A stretch of 25,063 nucleotides of DNA from a virus (taxonomy: Duplodnaviria; Caudoviricetes). The notes under the pieces are model-generated. The model saw nothing but the letters and a program-made list of their open reading frames with translations. It did no database searches and had not been told where the DNA came from. The stretch's first letter is position 1, and each line of letters opens with the position of its first letter. Position numbers and translations under genes: made by a program. The stretch is from IMG/VR virus record IMGVR_UViG_3300009155_000236, positions 1-25,063 of that record; one strand, written 5' to 3'. Below are positions 23,408 through 25,063 of the stretch, piece by piece.

Positions 23408-25062
23408 GTACTCAAGATCCAATTGCTTTCTACAAATTCTTCGCAATCACTCCAACCAAAGAAGTCAAAGATAACTGTGTCGCTACCTGTCCCTTCATGG
23501 ATTGCCAAAAGCCAAGTCACTTTTACTTTAACAAGCAATCAGGACTCTTTAACTGTAAAAAGTGTGGAAGAACAGGAAACTATTATTCGTTTATTAGTTT
23601 CTTTCACCAAAATCTCAAAACTGTCACTACTTCAGAAGATTATAAATTTCTTGAGACTGAAAGAGGTATACCCAGTGATATTTTCGAGCTTGCAAATTGG
23701 TATCGTAATCCAACCACTGGACGTTGGTATGTTCCATATTATGGCGGAACTGGACTCGTCAATCTTGGAGCATTCGATCCTGGAAGCTTTAACCCAAAAA
23801 ACAGGTTTCGAATATTTAAGTCACCAGGAATGGACTTGCAGTTATTCAACGTATTCAATACAAAACGTTTCGAAGAAGAAGTTATCGTCACTGAAGGAGA
23901 ATGGGATGCTCTTGCATTCTACGCAGCTTTCAGAGCTTTACGGAAAGATGCACCTACTATTTTGGGATTACCAGGAGCTACCTCTTGGAAACAAGACTGG
24001 AATACTCGATTCAAAGGTAAGTCCTTGACTTTCTTCTTCGACAAAGATCAAGGTGGAGAACAAGGTATAGAAGTACTTCGTAAACGATCTACTGGACTTA
24101 GATACAGTATAGCTAATTGGGAGTCTCCAGCCCTAGCTAAACTAAAACTGTCTAAGGCAAAGACTGCTGACTTGAAAGACGTTAGAGATATTTGGACTAA
24201 AGCTAAAACTAAATCAGAAGTACTTACAGCACTTTTTGATATGGCAGCTACAACCAAAGAAGATAGTAGCGAAGATACTGTTGTCGAAGAAGGAGATGAA
24301 GTTCGTAAATCATTTAGTGTTGATATAGACTCGATAACTAAGATTACGTCACACTCTACATTCCAAAAGAACATTAAAGAAAGCTTGTATACAAGTAAGT
24401 CCATTCTTCAAACAATCGATGCAATGTTAGCAGTATGCTTATCAGTTAAGATGCCTGGGGAACCTTTATGGTTATTCGTAGTAGGTCCAGCTTCTTGTGG
24501 TAAGTCTACTGTAATCGAAGCATTCGGAGGACATAATAAGTACTTCGATTACACTTCCAAACTTACAGCTACATCATTAGTATCTGGTTGGCGTAATCCA
24601 GACGGATCAGACGCATCATCTTTACACAAGATGAATCAACGAACCATGTTCGTCAAAGATATGACTGTTCTACTAGGTATGCCTGACGGAGTACAGCAAC
24701 AACTATGGGACCTGTTACGAGATGCCTATGACGGATACATTAAGGTACAGTGGGGTAATGGTAAGACCTTTGAAGCTACCGACTTCAAATTCAATATCAT
24801 TGCCGGTGTAACTCCAATTATCTACAAACACAATGACGCTTCCAAAGGTGAACGATTTTTACGTATCGATTTCCTTGGGACAGAATTCGACGAAGATGAA
24901 CATATGGACTTAGCATGGGACGGTGCAGCCACCAAGAAAGAAAATAAAACCAAGTTACAGCATACAATGCTAGGGTACTATAAACATGTACTCGAAACAT
25001 TCGATCCAGAGAATACTGCTGAAGTCCCTCAGCCTATTCGAGACAAAGTTAAAGCACTAGCT
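23401..25062 (+). CDS. Primase-helicase fusion: Zn finger + TOPRIM + AAA+ (MCM-like) ATPase; 3' truncated (missing from ORF track)
   Basis: Hand translation from ATG 23401 has no stop to the window end. Motifs: CPFMDC..SH...CKKC; VIVTEGEWDA; GLPGA; FFFDKDQGG; KDVRD; then LWLFVVGPASCGKST (Walker A), LTATSLVSG, MFVKD, LLRDAYDG, IIAGVTP, GERFL. Confidence 0.9.
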   Translation, partial: MLSTQDPIAFYKFFAITPTKEVKDNCVATCPFMDCQKPSHFYFNKQSGLFNCKKCGRTGNYYSFISFFHQNLKTVTTSEDYKFLETERGIPSDIFELANWYRNPTTGRWYVPYYGGTGLVNLGAFDPGSFNPKNRFRIFKSPGMDLQLFNVFNTKRFEEEVIVTEGEWDALAFYAAFRALRKDAPTILGLPGATSWKQDWNTRFKGKSLTFFFDKDQGGEQGIEVLRKRSTGLRYSIANWESPALAKLKLSKAKTADLKDVRDIWTKAKTKSEVLTALFDMAATTKEDSSEDTVVEEGDEVRKSFSVDIDSITKITSHSTFQKNIKESLYTSKSILQTIDAMLAVCLSVKMPGEPLWLFVVGPASCGKSTVIEAFGGHNKYFDYTSKLTATSLVSGWRNPDGSDASSLHKMNQRTMFVKDMTVLLGMPDGVQQQLWDLLRDAYDGYIKVQWGNGKTFEATDFKFNIIAGVTPIIYKHNDASKGERFLRIDFLGTEFDEDEHMDLAWDGAATKKENKTKLQHTMLGYYKHVLETFDPENTAEVPQPIRDKVKALA

Positions 25063-25063
25063 A

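Noticed and set aside
23423-24028. 201-aa + strand ORF from the track
   Set aside because: Shadow frame of the primase-helicase starting at 23401, which has clear Zn-finger and TOPRIM motifs. TTG start, Ser/Leu/Ile-rich, no motifs.
943-25000. Other short minus-strand and nested plus-strand ORFs in the track (e.g. 1450..1824, 5401..5685, 14380..14664, 15909..16181, 22447..22749, 24048..24404)
   Set aside because: All lie within or opposite longer, motif-bearing + strand genes and show no recognisable features. 15909..16181 is antisense to two real small genes.

Overview
A 25-kb piece of an AT-rich tailed dsDNA phage genome (Caudoviricetes, probably siphovirus-like), with all credible genes on the + strand. 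The left part is a rearranged morphogenesis region: lambda gpD/gpE-like decoration and capsid proteins, Mu gp36/gpG-like neck proteins, tail tube, probable tape measure, a displaced tail-assembly-chaperone gene with a -1 slippery site, a Mu gp29/DUF935-like portal placed among the tail genes, and two cysteine-rich tail proteins. Directly after them lies an Erv1/ALR-type FAD-linked sulfhydryl oxidase, which suggests a phage-encoded cytoplasmic disulfide-formation system for virion proteins; this is the top candidate novel system. Next come three tiny Lys-rich proteins and a replication/recombination module: degenerate family-4 UDG, PD-(D/E)XK exonuclease, Sak4-like ATPase, SSB-like protein, family A DNA polymerase with unusual motif A/B residues, and a TOPRIM primase fused to an MCM-like AAA+ domain that runs off the window. 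Non-coding signals include several sigma70-type promoters, a 19-bp element repeated upstream of three genes, a dispersed co-oriented CCCTCCAGAAAA motif, and an interleaved double inverted repeat before the polymerase. All family calls come from motif recognition by eye; no searches were run.
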